Source of the DNA: a virus
Taxonomy: Duplodnaviria; Caudoviricetes
Length of the DNA: 48,757 nucleotides
Strand: one strand, 5' to 3'
Virus record (IMG/VR): IMGVR_UViG_3300032315_000384
Coordinates: 1 to 48,757 of that record
The notes below the pieces were generated by a model. It was not told where the DNA came from and ran no database searches. It was given only the letters and a program-made list of their open reading frames with translations. Each line of letters starts with the position of its first letter. Within the stretch, counting starts at the first letter, position 1. Below, one piece after another: positions 1 through 7,929 of this stretch. The position numbers and the translations under genes were made by a program.

Positions 1-182
1 CCTGTCACATTCTTACGAAGAGACGGGAACTGCACCGTGTTATAGATGCGAAGCTCGGCTTGTTCAATGAAACGATTAATCTGCTCAGTAGCCGTAACCG
101 CGTCTGCGTTAGAAGCGGTGAACTCCGGAAAGGTATTTTCCGTATACGACTGAATGGTATTGAACAGTTCAATGTAATTCAT
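1..182 (-). CDS. 5' part of a putative head-tail adaptor/virion protein (runs off the window start)
   Basis: ATG at 182 reads MNYIELFNTIQSYTENTFPEF...INRFIEQAELRIYNTVQFPSLRKNVTG with no stop before base 1; follows the upstream gene directly in the late operon. Confidence 0.6.
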   Translation of the reverse strand, partial: MNYIELFNTIQSYTENTFPEFTASNADAVTATEQINRFIEQAELRIYNTVQFPSLRKNVT

Positions 183-183
183 A

Positions 184-450
184 TCAAGCCATTGGGCCTC
201 TAGACATCACACCTTTGGTAGCCGCGCCAGTTCCGCGCATCTTGATGCCGGAAGTTTTTGTAGGTTTGCCTTCAGGGTTGCGGTAAATATTACCTACAGA
301 CATATCTACTGTGTTTGCACTGCTACGGTTTGGGCCAGAGCCAGGATTATTTGCAGCTTTCACAGCTTGTCCAGTCATGGTGTGCGGTTCTGCATAGACG
401 CTGGCATCACCAACTTCTTTGCCCATTACTTTTTTGCTGAATTTAGCCAT
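184..450 (-). CDS. Small basic Lys/Gly-rich protein
   Basis: ORF 184..498; likelier start MAKFSKK at 450, abutting the stop of the upstream gene; C-terminal MRGTGAATKG motif. Confidence 0.7.
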   Translation of the reverse strand: MAKFSKKVMGKEVGDASVYAEPHTMTGQAVKAANNPGSGPNRSSANTVDMSVGNIYRNPEGKPTKTSGIKMRGTGAATKGVMSRGPMA

Positions 451-451
451 A

Positions 452-655
452 TTAACCGCCTTTTTTGTATGTAAAGGAAGACTTCTTCTGATTGGCAACT
501 TTGGCCAAGCCGCGACCCAGCTGCTTCATTTGCAGATTGGTTTTGCCGCCTTTTGCCAATTTAGTCATCGGCTGACCGGGATGCAGCTTTTTCTCGTGCT
601 TATGCACGGCTTTAGCTGCCATCTTTTTATCCTGTTTTAAATCCGCTTTGTCCAT
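452..655 (-). CDS. Small basic protein with LAKGG and C-terminal YKKGG
   Basis: AGGAG RBS upstream; tight operon packing. Confidence 0.75.
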   Translation of the reverse strand: MDKADLKQDKKMAAKAVHKHEKKLHPGQPMTKLAKGGKTNLQMKQLGRGLAKVANQKKSSFTYKKGG

Positions 656-664
656 TTCAATCTC

Positions 665-1093
665 CTAAGTTACGCTTACCGTTACTGTACCAAGTTCTAC
701 CGCTAACACCAAGTTATTTGGCGTTAAAAGAGTGTCAAACCCACTTGCTCCACCAACAGGGTTGTATCCCCACTGGAAGATCCGACTGCCCGCTTCTGGG
801 TATCCAAACCCATCTTGGGTCGTGCTGTCGGTCTGCAAAATCTGTAGACCACTTTGGCCAGACACTATGTAGCTCACATCAGGACGCGGTTCACGCACAG
901 CTTGCGGATCGTTAACTGGGTACATACCCAGCTGCAACTGCGGCTGATCAGGATCCCAGCACGATGGACACACCCTAATATTAAATGGCCTAGTCTTGAC
1001 TATCTGTGTCTTCAATTCCTTGAGCATGTACCTCTGCGCACATCGGTCGCATTCAGCAATCGCATGTTTGCCTGATGCAAATTTATTAGGCAT
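665..1093 (-). CDS. Hypothetical protein with two CxxC pairs (putative Zn ribbon)
   Basis: CDRC...CPSC; start MPNKF at 1093 overlaps the end of the upstream gene. Confidence 0.7.
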   Translation of the reverse strand: MPNKFASGKHAIAECDRCAQRYMLKELKTQIVKTRPFNIRVCPSCWDPDQPQLQLGMYPVNDPQAVREPRPDVSYIVSGQSGLQILQTDSTTQDGFGYPEAGSRIFQWGYNPVGGASGFDTLLTPNNLVLAVELGTVTVSVT

Positions 1094-2018
1094 AGAACAT
1101 GTTTCTTGGCACAAACCTCAACGGAGAGGTGTCGCGGTCTTCTGACTGCGCTAGATCCCACTGCTGTTCGTACTCGGCCTTTAGACCCAGTACGCGCTGT
1201 GGATCAACATTTGGCAACTTCATGCTCAACAAATAAGCCAGCCCTGCCACCATACAGGGAATAAAGCGGAATGGAATATCTTGCACTGTCACACCAGAGC
1301 CGGCGTCTTGAATACGGCGCATGCGGTAGTACACAAACATGTACTGATCACCGGGGGCGTTAGGTGTAGGCCACACATTAATGGCGGGTAAGTTCTGGAT
1401 TGTTAGGGCTGCGCCGGTACTATGCGCCGCAGCAGTTGTGCCGTTTTGTCCACGAGCGCAGTTAATCAATTGGTTGTTTACTGGATCAATGTTTGGATAG
1501 CTGATTGTTTCGTTATCAATTTTGATAAACCCAGCGGTCGTTAAGTTAGCCACATTTGACACCGTGATTGTGGTGGCTGTAGACGATATGGCGCCGTTCA
1601 AGGTAACAGTAGACAGATTCTCTTGCCCAGACTGGCGGTTAAACCAATACTGAATTGGACGACCTTGTGCCAACTTGTTTGGCAAGCTCATGTAGGTCGA
1701 TTCAGAAATGCTACTGATGTTGATGTCGATCTGGTTAGATGTGCCGTTGCTTTGGCGCACAACGGTATCTAGGAGGTTGATTGTGTCCACCGGCATGGGG
1801 TAGATAGCCTGACCCGTCACCATAGGGATCTGGCCCTGTTCTACAGTCCAGAAGTTCAGGCCACGGTTTGCCCACTCAATCGTCAACAGGTTCAATGATC
1901 TCCGCGCTGTGCGGAAGTTATAACCCGTACGAAGTTCTTGGCCGCAACGCTCAAACGCCTCTTCAATGAGGTCGTTCATGTCGAGGTTAAAAGCTGTGGT
2001 GCCGGTGGTCTTGGCCAT
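1086..2018 (-). CDS. Putative head-to-tail connector protein with an inserted beta-rich domain
   Basis: N-terminal LIEEAFERCG...ARRSLNLL..EWANRG and C-terminal IPFRFIPCMVAGLAYLL segments resemble adaptor proteins; Thr-rich insert in the middle. Confidence 0.55.
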   Translation of the reverse strand: MAKTTGTTAFNLDMNDLIEEAFERCGQELRTGYNFRTARRSLNLLTIEWANRGLNFWTVEQGQIPMVTGQAIYPMPVDTINLLDTVVRQSNGTSNQIDINISSISESTYMSLPNKLAQGRPIQYWFNRQSGQENLSTVTLNGAISSTATTITVSNVANLTTAGFIKIDNETISYPNIDPVNNQLINCARGQNGTTAAAHSTGAALTIQNLPAINVWPTPNAPGDQYMFVYYRMRRIQDAGSGVTVQDIPFRFIPCMVAGLAYLLSMKLPNVDPQRVLGLKAEYEQQWDLAQSEDRDTSPLRFVPRNMFYA

Positions 2019-2021
2019 GAT

Positions 2022-2288
2022 TTACTTCATTTTCTTTAGTGTCTGAGCCAGACGTGCGCGCTGCCCCAGCTTGCCGGGTGCTTTTGCTGCCTTAGCCAGC
2101 TTCTTTGCGGGAATTGTTTTCCCTTCTTTCACGCCCAAAGCAGAGCGCAGGGCGCCAGGCTTTTTGATTGCGCTTTGAATGAAGTTTTTGGTGGCGCCGC
2201 CTTTTTTCATGGACTCAACGCCACGACCTTTAAGAATGTCGGCTTGGGTGACTTTGCCGTCACCAGTGAGATCAGGAAATTTTGCCAT
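2022..2288 (-). CDS. Small basic protein (DLTGDGKVTQAD EF-hand-like loop, MKKGG, IKKPGALR motif)
   Basis: ORF track; very Lys-rich; start overlaps the upstream stop. Confidence 0.75.
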   Translation of the reverse strand: MAKFPDLTGDGKVTQADILKGRGVESMKKGGATKNFIQSAIKKPGALRSALGVKEGKTIPAKKLAKAAKAPGKLGQRARLAQTLKKMK

Positions 2289-2521
2289 TATCTAAACCCC
2301 GCTGTTTTCTTTGCAATTGTCTTAGGTTGTGCTACGAATTGTTTCCCTTTAGCTTTGCCAGCACGTTTTGCACGTGTTGTCGCAGCGTACTCAGAAGAGC
2401 TGAGACTTTTGATCGCAGCTTCTGGAAGGTATCGTTCGCCAGTTTTACTAGACGGTTTTCCACTTTTGGTTCTCCATTTCTGGTCGCCCCAATCCTTTAA
2501 GGATTTTTGAGGCGCTTTCAA
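2288..2521 (-). CDS. Small basic protein resembling the C-terminal half of DUF5872
   Basis: QKSLKDW...W.TKSG...RYLP...GKQFV motifs; TTG start overlaps the endonuclease stop. Confidence 0.65.
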   Translation of the reverse strand: MKAPQKSLKDWGDQKWRTKSGKPSSKTGERYLPEAAIKSLSSSEYAATTRAKRAGKAKGKQFVAQPKTIAKKTAGFR

Positions 2522-2955
2522 TTTTCAAATCCTTTGTACCCACTCGCATTTTGTTCAAGGTAATCCGCAGCAGCCCGCAGCGCTTGAATGTTGTCTTTAG
2601 CATGACCAATCATATTGTTGCACGGGTTGCACAAAATACCACGAACTTTTCCGCTTGTGTGGCAATGATCTACATCAAGTTTTTTGTCAATTTCATTTTC
2701 AGTTATGCCACATATCATGCAAGCATATCCTTCATTTAGCCGCATTTGCTCCCACTGCTCATACGTTAACCCGTATCGCAACTGCAATTTTTCCGCTTTG
2801 CGGTTACGTGGGGTAGTGGGGCTTTCGCGCTTGTATTCTTGATGACAAGGTTTGCAACGGGCGCTTGAATAATGTTTATCTGACCATTTGTCAAAAAACT
2901 TGTAAAAGTCTTCTAATGGCTTTTCAGAATTGCATTTCAAGCAAAGCTTAGTCAC
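2518..2955 (-). CDS. Endonuclease VII-like (His-Me finger) putative homing endonuclease
   Basis: RYGLT...CMICG...LDVDHCHTSGKVRGILCNPCNNMIG signature plus N-terminal CLKC/CKPC; GTG start at 2955 overlaps the end of the upstream gene. Confidence 0.85.
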   Translation of the reverse strand: MTKLCLKCNSEKPLEDFYKFFDKWSDKHYSSARCKPCHQEYKRESPTTPRNRKAEKLQLRYGLTYEQWEQMRLNEGYACMICGITENEIDKKLDVDHCHTSGKVRGILCNPCNNMIGHAKDNIQALRAAADYLEQNASGYKGFEN

Positions 2956-3223
2956 GGTAAGAACCTCCAGCCGCCTTGTACTTCTTGGCAACCAGCTGGG
3001 CTTTACGAGCCGACCACTGACCTGCGCCAGTGCCCTGCGTTGCTGCGGCTTTTACCTGCGCCACAATTCTTTTGCGCAGACTGGGTTTGGTGTAATTGCC
3101 GGCAGCGTTTACCTTGCCACCCTCTTTGTACTGGGTGAAATCAGTGTCATCCCGTCGGGCCTTTTCAGTACCTTTGGGCATTTTGCTGGCGCGGATTGCG
3201 CCCATACCACGGGATGCCATCAT
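2948..3223 (-). CDS. Small basic protein whose C-terminus resembles the N-terminal half of DUF5872
   Basis: YTKPSLRKRI...GQWSARKAQLVAKKYKAAGGSY; YKEGG precedes the domain. Confidence 0.7.
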   Translation of the reverse strand: MMASRGMGAIRASKMPKGTEKARRDDTDFTQYKEGGKVNAAGNYTKPSLRKRIVAQVKAAATQGTGAGQWSARKAQLVAKKYKAAGGSYRD

Positions 3224-3226
3224 AAT

Positions 3227-3496
3227 TTAACAGGCGTAACCGCCGCCTTTCATAGTGACCATAGTGCCACGAGTCTTGCCTTTGACAGCGCAACCATCGG
3301 CACGTGAGGAGGCAGAGCCACCTTTAGCCATAGTTCGGATCTTTTGAGCTGCCTCAATTTTCTTCTGCATATTGACCTCTTCCTTCTGAGCATCCATCTT
3401 TTTGATGTCCTCAGAAGTTATAGAGTCCTCATACGTAGTGCCGGGGCGACGCGGTTTATACGCGTCCATTGTTCCTGCTCGGGTGCTGGTTGCCAT
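3227..3496 (-). CDS. Small protein with MAKGG...SRADGCAVKGKTRG motif
   Basis: AAGGA RBS; ORF track. Confidence 0.75.
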   Translation of the reverse strand: MATSTRAGTMDAYKPRRPGTTYEDSITSEDIKKMDAQKEEVNMQKKIEAAQKIRTMAKGGSASSRADGCAVKGKTRGTMVTMKGGGYAC

Positions 3497-3510
3497 GATG
3501 ATTCCTTAAA

Positions 3511-3987
3511 TTAGCACTTGGCCATTCCGCCTTTTTTCATCACACGTGAACCAATGCCACCAGGGACACCAGAGCCGGCCATTTTAATTTGCGTACCTTT
3601 GGTCTTGCCTTTCATGGCAACACCGTCACGGCTAGGAGCTGCTGTCCTCACTTTGCCCATAGAAGAAGCTGCCACGCCACCTTTGGCCATTTTGCCTTTG
3701 CCGTCAGCAGCAAAGTCAGGAACCATTTTGTTACCTTTTTTGACCATGGTCATACCGCCATCAGCCATTTTCTTAGCGGGCGCGCTCTTTTTCTTAGCCA
3801 TCATCGCCATCATTCCGGGATTCATTTTAGAAGCCATAGTATCACCACCTTTTGAAAATTTGCGGTTCTTGTCCGCGTTGGAAAATTCTTTGCCCACGGA
3901 CTGTGGGACGCCTACCTTCTTGGCAAACGCTGGGTTGTTGGCCACCGCCGCCATGAAATTGTGTTGTTTCTTGCTAACTGATGGCAC
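3511..3987 (-). CDS. Basic Met/Lys/Gly-rich protein with four xxxGG motifs
   Basis: FSKGG, MADGG, MAKGG, MKKGG; N-terminal PSVSKKQHNFMAAVA; AAGGAG RBS before the GTG start. Confidence 0.75.
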   Translation of the reverse strand: MPSVSKKQHNFMAAVANNPAFAKKVGVPQSVGKEFSNADKNRKFSKGGDTMASKMNPGMMAMMAKKKSAPAKKMADGGMTMVKKGNKMVPDFAADGKGKMAKGGVAASSMGKVRTAAPSRDGVAMKGKTKGTQIKMAGSGVPGGIGSRVMKKGGMAKC

Positions 3988-4222
3988 TGCGATGCTCCTT
4001 CATGAAGTCATCTATCTTGCTCTCAAGTCTATCCAATCTGGCCAGCACTCGGTTGATGTCATTGTGAACATCTGACTTGGTTACATACTTCTCAGCATTC
4101 TCTTCTCGAGTTTTACTCAACAAAATACCCAAGCGCTTCACTTCATCGTGAGACACCTTTACCCAAAACACCAGTAACGCTGATGCAAATGAGAGGACAA
4201 CATTCCAAATCATCAAGTCCAT
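3974..4222 (-). CDS. Small protein with an N-terminal transmembrane helix and coiled coil
   Basis: Hydrophobic residues ~4-21, then heptad pattern (LARLDRLESKID). Confidence 0.65.
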   Translation of the reverse strand: MDLMIWNVVLSFASALLVFWVKVSHDEVKRLGILLSKTREENAEKYVTKSDVHNDINRVLARLDRLESKIDDFMKEHRSAIS

Positions 4223-4223
4223 A

Positions 4224-4466
4224 TCAACAGTTCCACGCCCGCAGGCTTTTGTTAATCCTCGAATTCGGATCCTTTGCGGTTTCGGCGCTCGTCAATTTCG
4301 CTTTCATCCCTTTCATACGGGCGCAGAAAGAGTCTCGCCTGCTGCCGCCCTCGGGTTGGGGACGCTTCAGATTCATGCCCTGCGCTTTCGCGGAGGCCCG
4401 ACCTTTGGCGTTCAGGCCGCCTTCGGGATTCTTGCCTTCTTTCCTGGTCCATGCTGGGGTCGCCAT
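4224..4466 (-). CDS. Small basic phage protein (DUF6321-like)
   Basis: GGLNAKGRAS...RRDSFCARMKG...DPNSRINKSLRAWNC motif. Confidence 0.6.
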   Translation of the reverse strand: MATPAWTRKEGKNPEGGLNAKGRASAKAQGMNLKRPQPEGGSRRDSFCARMKGMKAKLTSAETAKDPNSRINKSLRAWNC

Positions 4467-4469
4467 GAT

Positions 4470-4964
4470 TTAAGCCACCTGTTGAACAGTTACGATAATT
4501 GCAGGGGTCACAGGACGTGTTGGGTTTGTTCCGGCTGCTGCGTAAAAAACTTCCAAGTTAGTATCAGTGCTGGACCAATACAGTTGGAAATAATCGCCGG
4601 AGTTTGCCTGAATCAAATAGTTCCAAGAAGCAATGGTCTTGCCTCCGCTTTGTGGAATGTTTACCTGCCCGTTGGTGTCTGCAACATTAGCGCCGTTTTT
4701 GGACAGCCAAACGTCTGCTGTAGAAAACCCAGCACCTCCTGCGCGTGAAAACTGTGCTGAAAACTGCAAGTTGTACACGCCGCCGGTAGAAATCGTAATC
4801 CTAGAGCCGCTAACCACTGATACGCCATTGGCAAAATCAGTTGTATCCAACGTGAACAAATTGGCAGTAGTTGCGCCGCCGTTTGTTATGGTCGCGTTAT
4901 TTTGAAACATGCCGTAGTTAGCGGCCACGAAACCTGCGACTGGGTTGTTAACTACGACCGTCAT
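4470..4964 (-). CDS. C1q/TNF-like beta-sandwich virion protein
   Basis: ITISTGGVYNLQFSAQF...NSGDYFQLYW pattern typical of C1q-like folds. Confidence 0.55.
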   Translation of the reverse strand: MTVVVNNPVAGFVAANYGMFQNNATITNGGATTANLFTLDTTDFANGVSVVSGSRITISTGGVYNLQFSAQFSRAGGAGFSTADVWLSKNGANVADTNGQVNIPQSGGKTIASWNYLIQANSGDYFQLYWSSTDTNLEVFYAAAGTNPTRPVTPAIIVTVQQVA

Positions 4965-4966
4965 GA

Positions 4967-5293
4967 TTAACCTTTCATGTATACGGTGACACTTGCGCCA
5001 GTACCAGAAATGGCGGTTACGTTAGCGCGATAGTACTCCCAAGTATTTGCCGCAGCAAAACCATCAGAAGTAACCGATGTTCCAAGCGTTAAAGTAATTG
5101 TGCCCATCGTAATGTAATTCACGCCATCGTTACTTACTTGGATCAAGACAGTAGCTGCGCCGGTAGATGTGGATGTTGAGCCAATAGCTTGGAAGCTGTG
5201 ATAAGTGTACGTGGCAACAGCCGACGTATCGCGAGGATTCCACGCCGCACCAGCGCCGGTGCCAGTGGCTTTAGAGAGTAGTATTTGTGCCAT
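4967..5293 (-). CDS. Thr/Ala-rich beta protein, putative capsid decoration/virion protein
   Basis: VLIQVSNDGVNY...YYRANVT pattern; GGAG RBS. Confidence 0.55.
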   Translation of the reverse strand: MAQILLSKATGTGAGAAWNPRDTSAVATYTYHSFQAIGSTSTSTGAATVLIQVSNDGVNYITMGTITLTLGTSVTSDGFAAANTWEYYRANVTAISGTGASVTVYMKG

Positions 5294-5441
5294 TTTCTTG
5301 CTCCGGTGCGTCTAATCTGTTAACGAGCATCTTGTATGCTTGGATCGTGGCCTGAGCTTGAATTAAAAAGGTTTGCGCCTTCTGTACTTCAGTCTCAAGG
5401 TCACGAATCTCAGACTCCAAGAATTCTTTAGTTATCTGCAT
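5271..5441 (-). CDS. Small coiled-coil protein (possible fibre chaperone)
   Basis: Start MQITKEF at 5441 abuts the upstream stop; heptad pattern. Confidence 0.6.
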   Translation of the reverse strand: MQITKEFLESEIRDLETEVQKAQTFLIQAQATIQAYKMLVNRLDAPEQENGTNTTL

Positions 5442-5442
5442 A

Positions 5443-6015
5443 TTAAGCTGCGCTAGAACACATAATGAAATAAGGCGTACCGTCCGAAGCCACAACTCTT
5501 AAAGTCTTGGCAATAGTGGCAGTGCTTGTTACAAACATAGCTGCGGGGATGTTGAACAAGTTAGCCACTGTGCCAGTGCCGCTGTTTGTAAAGCGGATGA
5601 AAGAAGCGTTTGTCCAAGTGCCACCAGAAGCAAAGTCAGAGTCGGCTTGAATAGCTGCGATAGTGCCACCGGGATTTGTAGAAGAACCGCCCAAAGTAGC
5701 GCGAAGAGCGTTACCAGCGCCAGAAATAGTGCCAGAGCCGTTGATGCTCAAGCTGATGTGAGCGCCGTTGATTGTACCGCCTGTAGCGCCACCAGCGCCT
5801 GTCACTCGAGTTAAAGCACGGATAGTTTCGCCAGAACCAGTGGAAGTAAATTCCAAACGCTGATAAGACAGACGTGTATCGCCAGTAGCAGCGGATGTGG
5901 TGACGTAAGACTCAGATACGTTACCTGCGGTAGTCTCAACAATCGGGGAAGAAGCTGTTCCGGTAATGAAGCCATTGTTAGATATGACTGGGCCGGAGAA
6001 CGTGGTATTTGCCAT
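5443..6015 (-). CDS. Putative head fibre/decoration protein
   Basis: MANTTFSGPV N-terminus; Gly/Thr/Ala-rich; directly downstream of the capsid gene. Confidence 0.6.
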   Translation of the reverse strand: MANTTFSGPVISNNGFITGTASSPIVETTAGNVSESYVTTSAATGDTRLSYQRLEFTSTGSGETIRALTRVTGAGGATGGTINGAHISLSINGSGTISGAGNALRATLGGSSTNPGGTIAAIQADSDFASGGTWTNASFIRFTNSGTGTVANLFNIPAAMFVTSTATIAKTLRVVASDGTPYFIMCSSAA

Positions 6016-6019
6016 GATT

Positions 6020-6097
6020 TTTCCTTACATGCAAGTGAGGGTGTTCTGTCTGCATGTCGTCAGCCGGGACTGTCAGAACACCGGATAACCCCGGGTT
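6020..6097 (-). ncRNA. Structured pseudoknotted leader RNA downstream of the capsid gene (candidate Mu-gpT-DE motif)
   Basis: 9-bp stem (6074-6082 with 6040-6048); loop ACAUGCA (6051-6057) is complementary to UGCAUGU (6027-6033) next to the AAGGA RBS. Confidence 0.55.
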
Positions 6098-6103
6098 GAA
6101 AGC

Positions 6104-6132
6104 AATATACAACAAAAGAAAAGGGGGCGCAA
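6104..6132 (-). promoter_or_regulatory. sigma70-type promoter overlapping the capsid terminator
   Basis: TTGCGC-17 bp-TATATT on the minus strand. Confidence 0.5.
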
Positions 6133-6140
6133 GCCCCCTT
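6111..6140 (-). terminator. Rho-independent terminator after the major capsid gene
   Basis: AAGGGGGC-TTGC-GCCCCCTT hairpin followed by TTCTTTTGTT. Confidence 0.85.
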
Positions 6141-6163
6141 CTCCACATATTTCCTAGGAAATA

Positions 6164-7072
6164 TTAAGCGCCGGTAGAGCCGAACATGCCCAATGGATCA
6201 GACCAGCCGAATGAATAACGCTCACGAGACTTGTAACGAACGTTACCAGTATCGAAATCGCCGTCCATTGACTGAGCCAAAGGCGAACGCACAAAGTGCT
6301 TCATACCGTTAGGCACGTCTGTAGTCAGGAACCAAGCATTGGTATCAGTCAAGAAGTGGTTAATGGTATATCCACCAGGGATAGAACCATTGTTCTTCAA
6401 TGCGTTGATATCGTTGTCAGCAGTTGACACGCGCAATTCAGTCTCAAGCAAACGAGTTGCCGTGAACTGTAATGCAGGTGGAACCACCAGCTTGTTAGGC
6501 TTGGCAGCGATCAACAGGCCACGCTCATCTGTCCACAAGCTGATCTGAATAACAGCGTTTTCCAACGATGTTTCATTCAAGTCGGCAGGGGTAGATGGGA
6601 TGTTACTGTTAGTACCGCCAGACACCAATGGGTGTGCGTTGGAGAACAGAGCAACACCGTCGCCACCGGGGTAAGCGCTAGAGAAGCCGTTGTTCAACAC
6701 AGCAGCAGCTTTAACCTGCTTGGTGTATGCCATAGCACGAGCCAGAGCTTTGGTGTAACGAGCAGACAAGCTGTCGTACAAGTTGTCTTCGATGGCCTCT
6801 TCGGTCAGCGAGAAACCCAAAGCGATGGTTTCGTGGTTGTAACGAGCAGTCCATGCTTCCTGTGCATTGTCATAAGCGATGGCAGAGCCTTCGTTCTTAA
6901 CAGGTGCAGCAGAGAAACCAGACAGCTTGGTCTCTTCTTCAAAGGAACGCTCAGAGGTCTCTGTTTCGTAGATCTCTTTGTGCTCTTCGCCGTACTTTGC
7001 ATACTCCAAACCGAACAAAGCGTTCAGTCCGGGGAGCAGCTCTTTCAATAGTTGTGCGCGTGAAATAGCCAT
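6164..7072 (-). CDS. Major capsid protein (Mu gpT-like, HK97 fold)
   Basis: MAISRAQLLKELLPGLNALFG N-terminus, PNKLVVPPAL, DFDTGNVRYKSRERYSFGWSDP C-terminus; AAGGAG RBS; followed by a terminator. Confidence 0.9.
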   Translation of the reverse strand: MAISRAQLLKELLPGLNALFGLEYAKYGEEHKEIYETETSERSFEEETKLSGFSAAPVKNEGSAIAYDNAQEAWTARYNHETIALGFSLTEEAIEDNLYDSLSARYTKALARAMAYTKQVKAAAVLNNGFSSAYPGGDGVALFSNAHPLVSGGTNSNIPSTPADLNETSLENAVIQISLWTDERGLLIAAKPNKLVVPPALQFTATRLLETELRVSTADNDINALKNNGSIPGGYTINHFLTDTNAWFLTTDVPNGMKHFVRSPLAQSMDGDFDTGNVRYKSRERYSFGWSDPLGMFGSTGA

Positions 7073-7084
7073 GATTTAAGCTCC

Positions 7085-7909
7085 TTATGCTACGTAATAG
7101 CGATGTGCGCCGAAATTGAACTTAACCAATACTTCGGGGGTTTCGACCAATACAACAGTACCAGCGACTTGAGTTGCAATTGAAGTCACAGTAAGAGTTG
7201 TATTACCAGTGGTTGTCACAGTAGAAGCAGTACTCAAAGTAGCGCCTGTAAACTGTAATTGACCATTTACCAAGTTATACACGTCAGTACCAATTGGCAA
7301 GAACGCGCCGACCGGCAAACCAGACACAACAACAGAGGTTGCTGAGGGTGCGCCACCAGACACGTATGTGCTTGATAAACTGATTTGTGTATCGGGAACC
7401 AAGTTCAATACACGGAAGCCGCCACCAGAGGTAGTAGCAGACGCACCGACAACAGACATGCTACTGTTACCAGTAGATACTGAGCCAGTTTGTGTGCCGC
7501 CAGCCATGTTAGCGCCAACGAGAATTGAAGAAGCTGAACCAATAACTACACCGGCAGCGGTAGTAGTTACAGCGACTTTCATCACTTGGTCAGGATCGTC
7601 ACCGACAATAGCAGTAATGTCGCCAGCAGTTACGTTAGCTGGGTAGTACTGTGAGAATTGACGTTGCTTGGTGGTAGGGTTTGTGTAATAACAACCTAAG
7701 AAAACACCGACCGTTGTATTGGTGGTGCTAACAGGATAAGTTGCAATCACAACATAACCAGCCAACAAAGTAACTAAGTCACCGTAGAACAGAGGGGTGC
7801 CATAGTTATACTGAATAGGTAGATTGCGAGTAGAACCCGCAAACACCTGTCCGCCGATCAGATTGACCGGTTTGGCGCCGTAAGGGGCGTCGATGGTGGG
7901 ATAAGCCAT
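7085..7909 (-). CDS. Putative capsid cement/decoration protein
   Basis: Directly upstream of the capsid gene; beta-rich, GVFLGCYY...DDPD motif. Confidence 0.6.
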   Translation of the reverse strand: MAYPTIDAPYGAKPVNLIGGQVFAGSTRNLPIQYNYGTPLFYGDLVTLLAGYVVIATYPVSTTNTTVGVFLGCYYTNPTTKQRQFSQYYPANVTAGDITAIVGDDPDQVMKVAVTTTAAGVVIGSASSILVGANMAGGTQTGSVSTGNSSMSVVGASATTSGGGFRVLNLVPDTQISLSSTYVSGGAPSATSVVVSGLPVGAFLPIGTDVYNLVNGQLQFTGATLSTASTVTTTGNTTLTVTSIATQVAGTVVLVETPEVLVKFNFGAHRYYVA

Positions 7910-7929
7910 TTAAGACTCCTTTTTGAAAT

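Noticed and set aside
2518-2955. Group I intron around the endonuclease
   Set aside because: The ORF fills the whole interval and overlaps both neighbours, leaving no room for a ribozyme core.
3974-4222. Holin call
   Set aside because: Single TM plus coiled coil with no adjacent endolysin or spanin; lysis genes probably lie outside the window.
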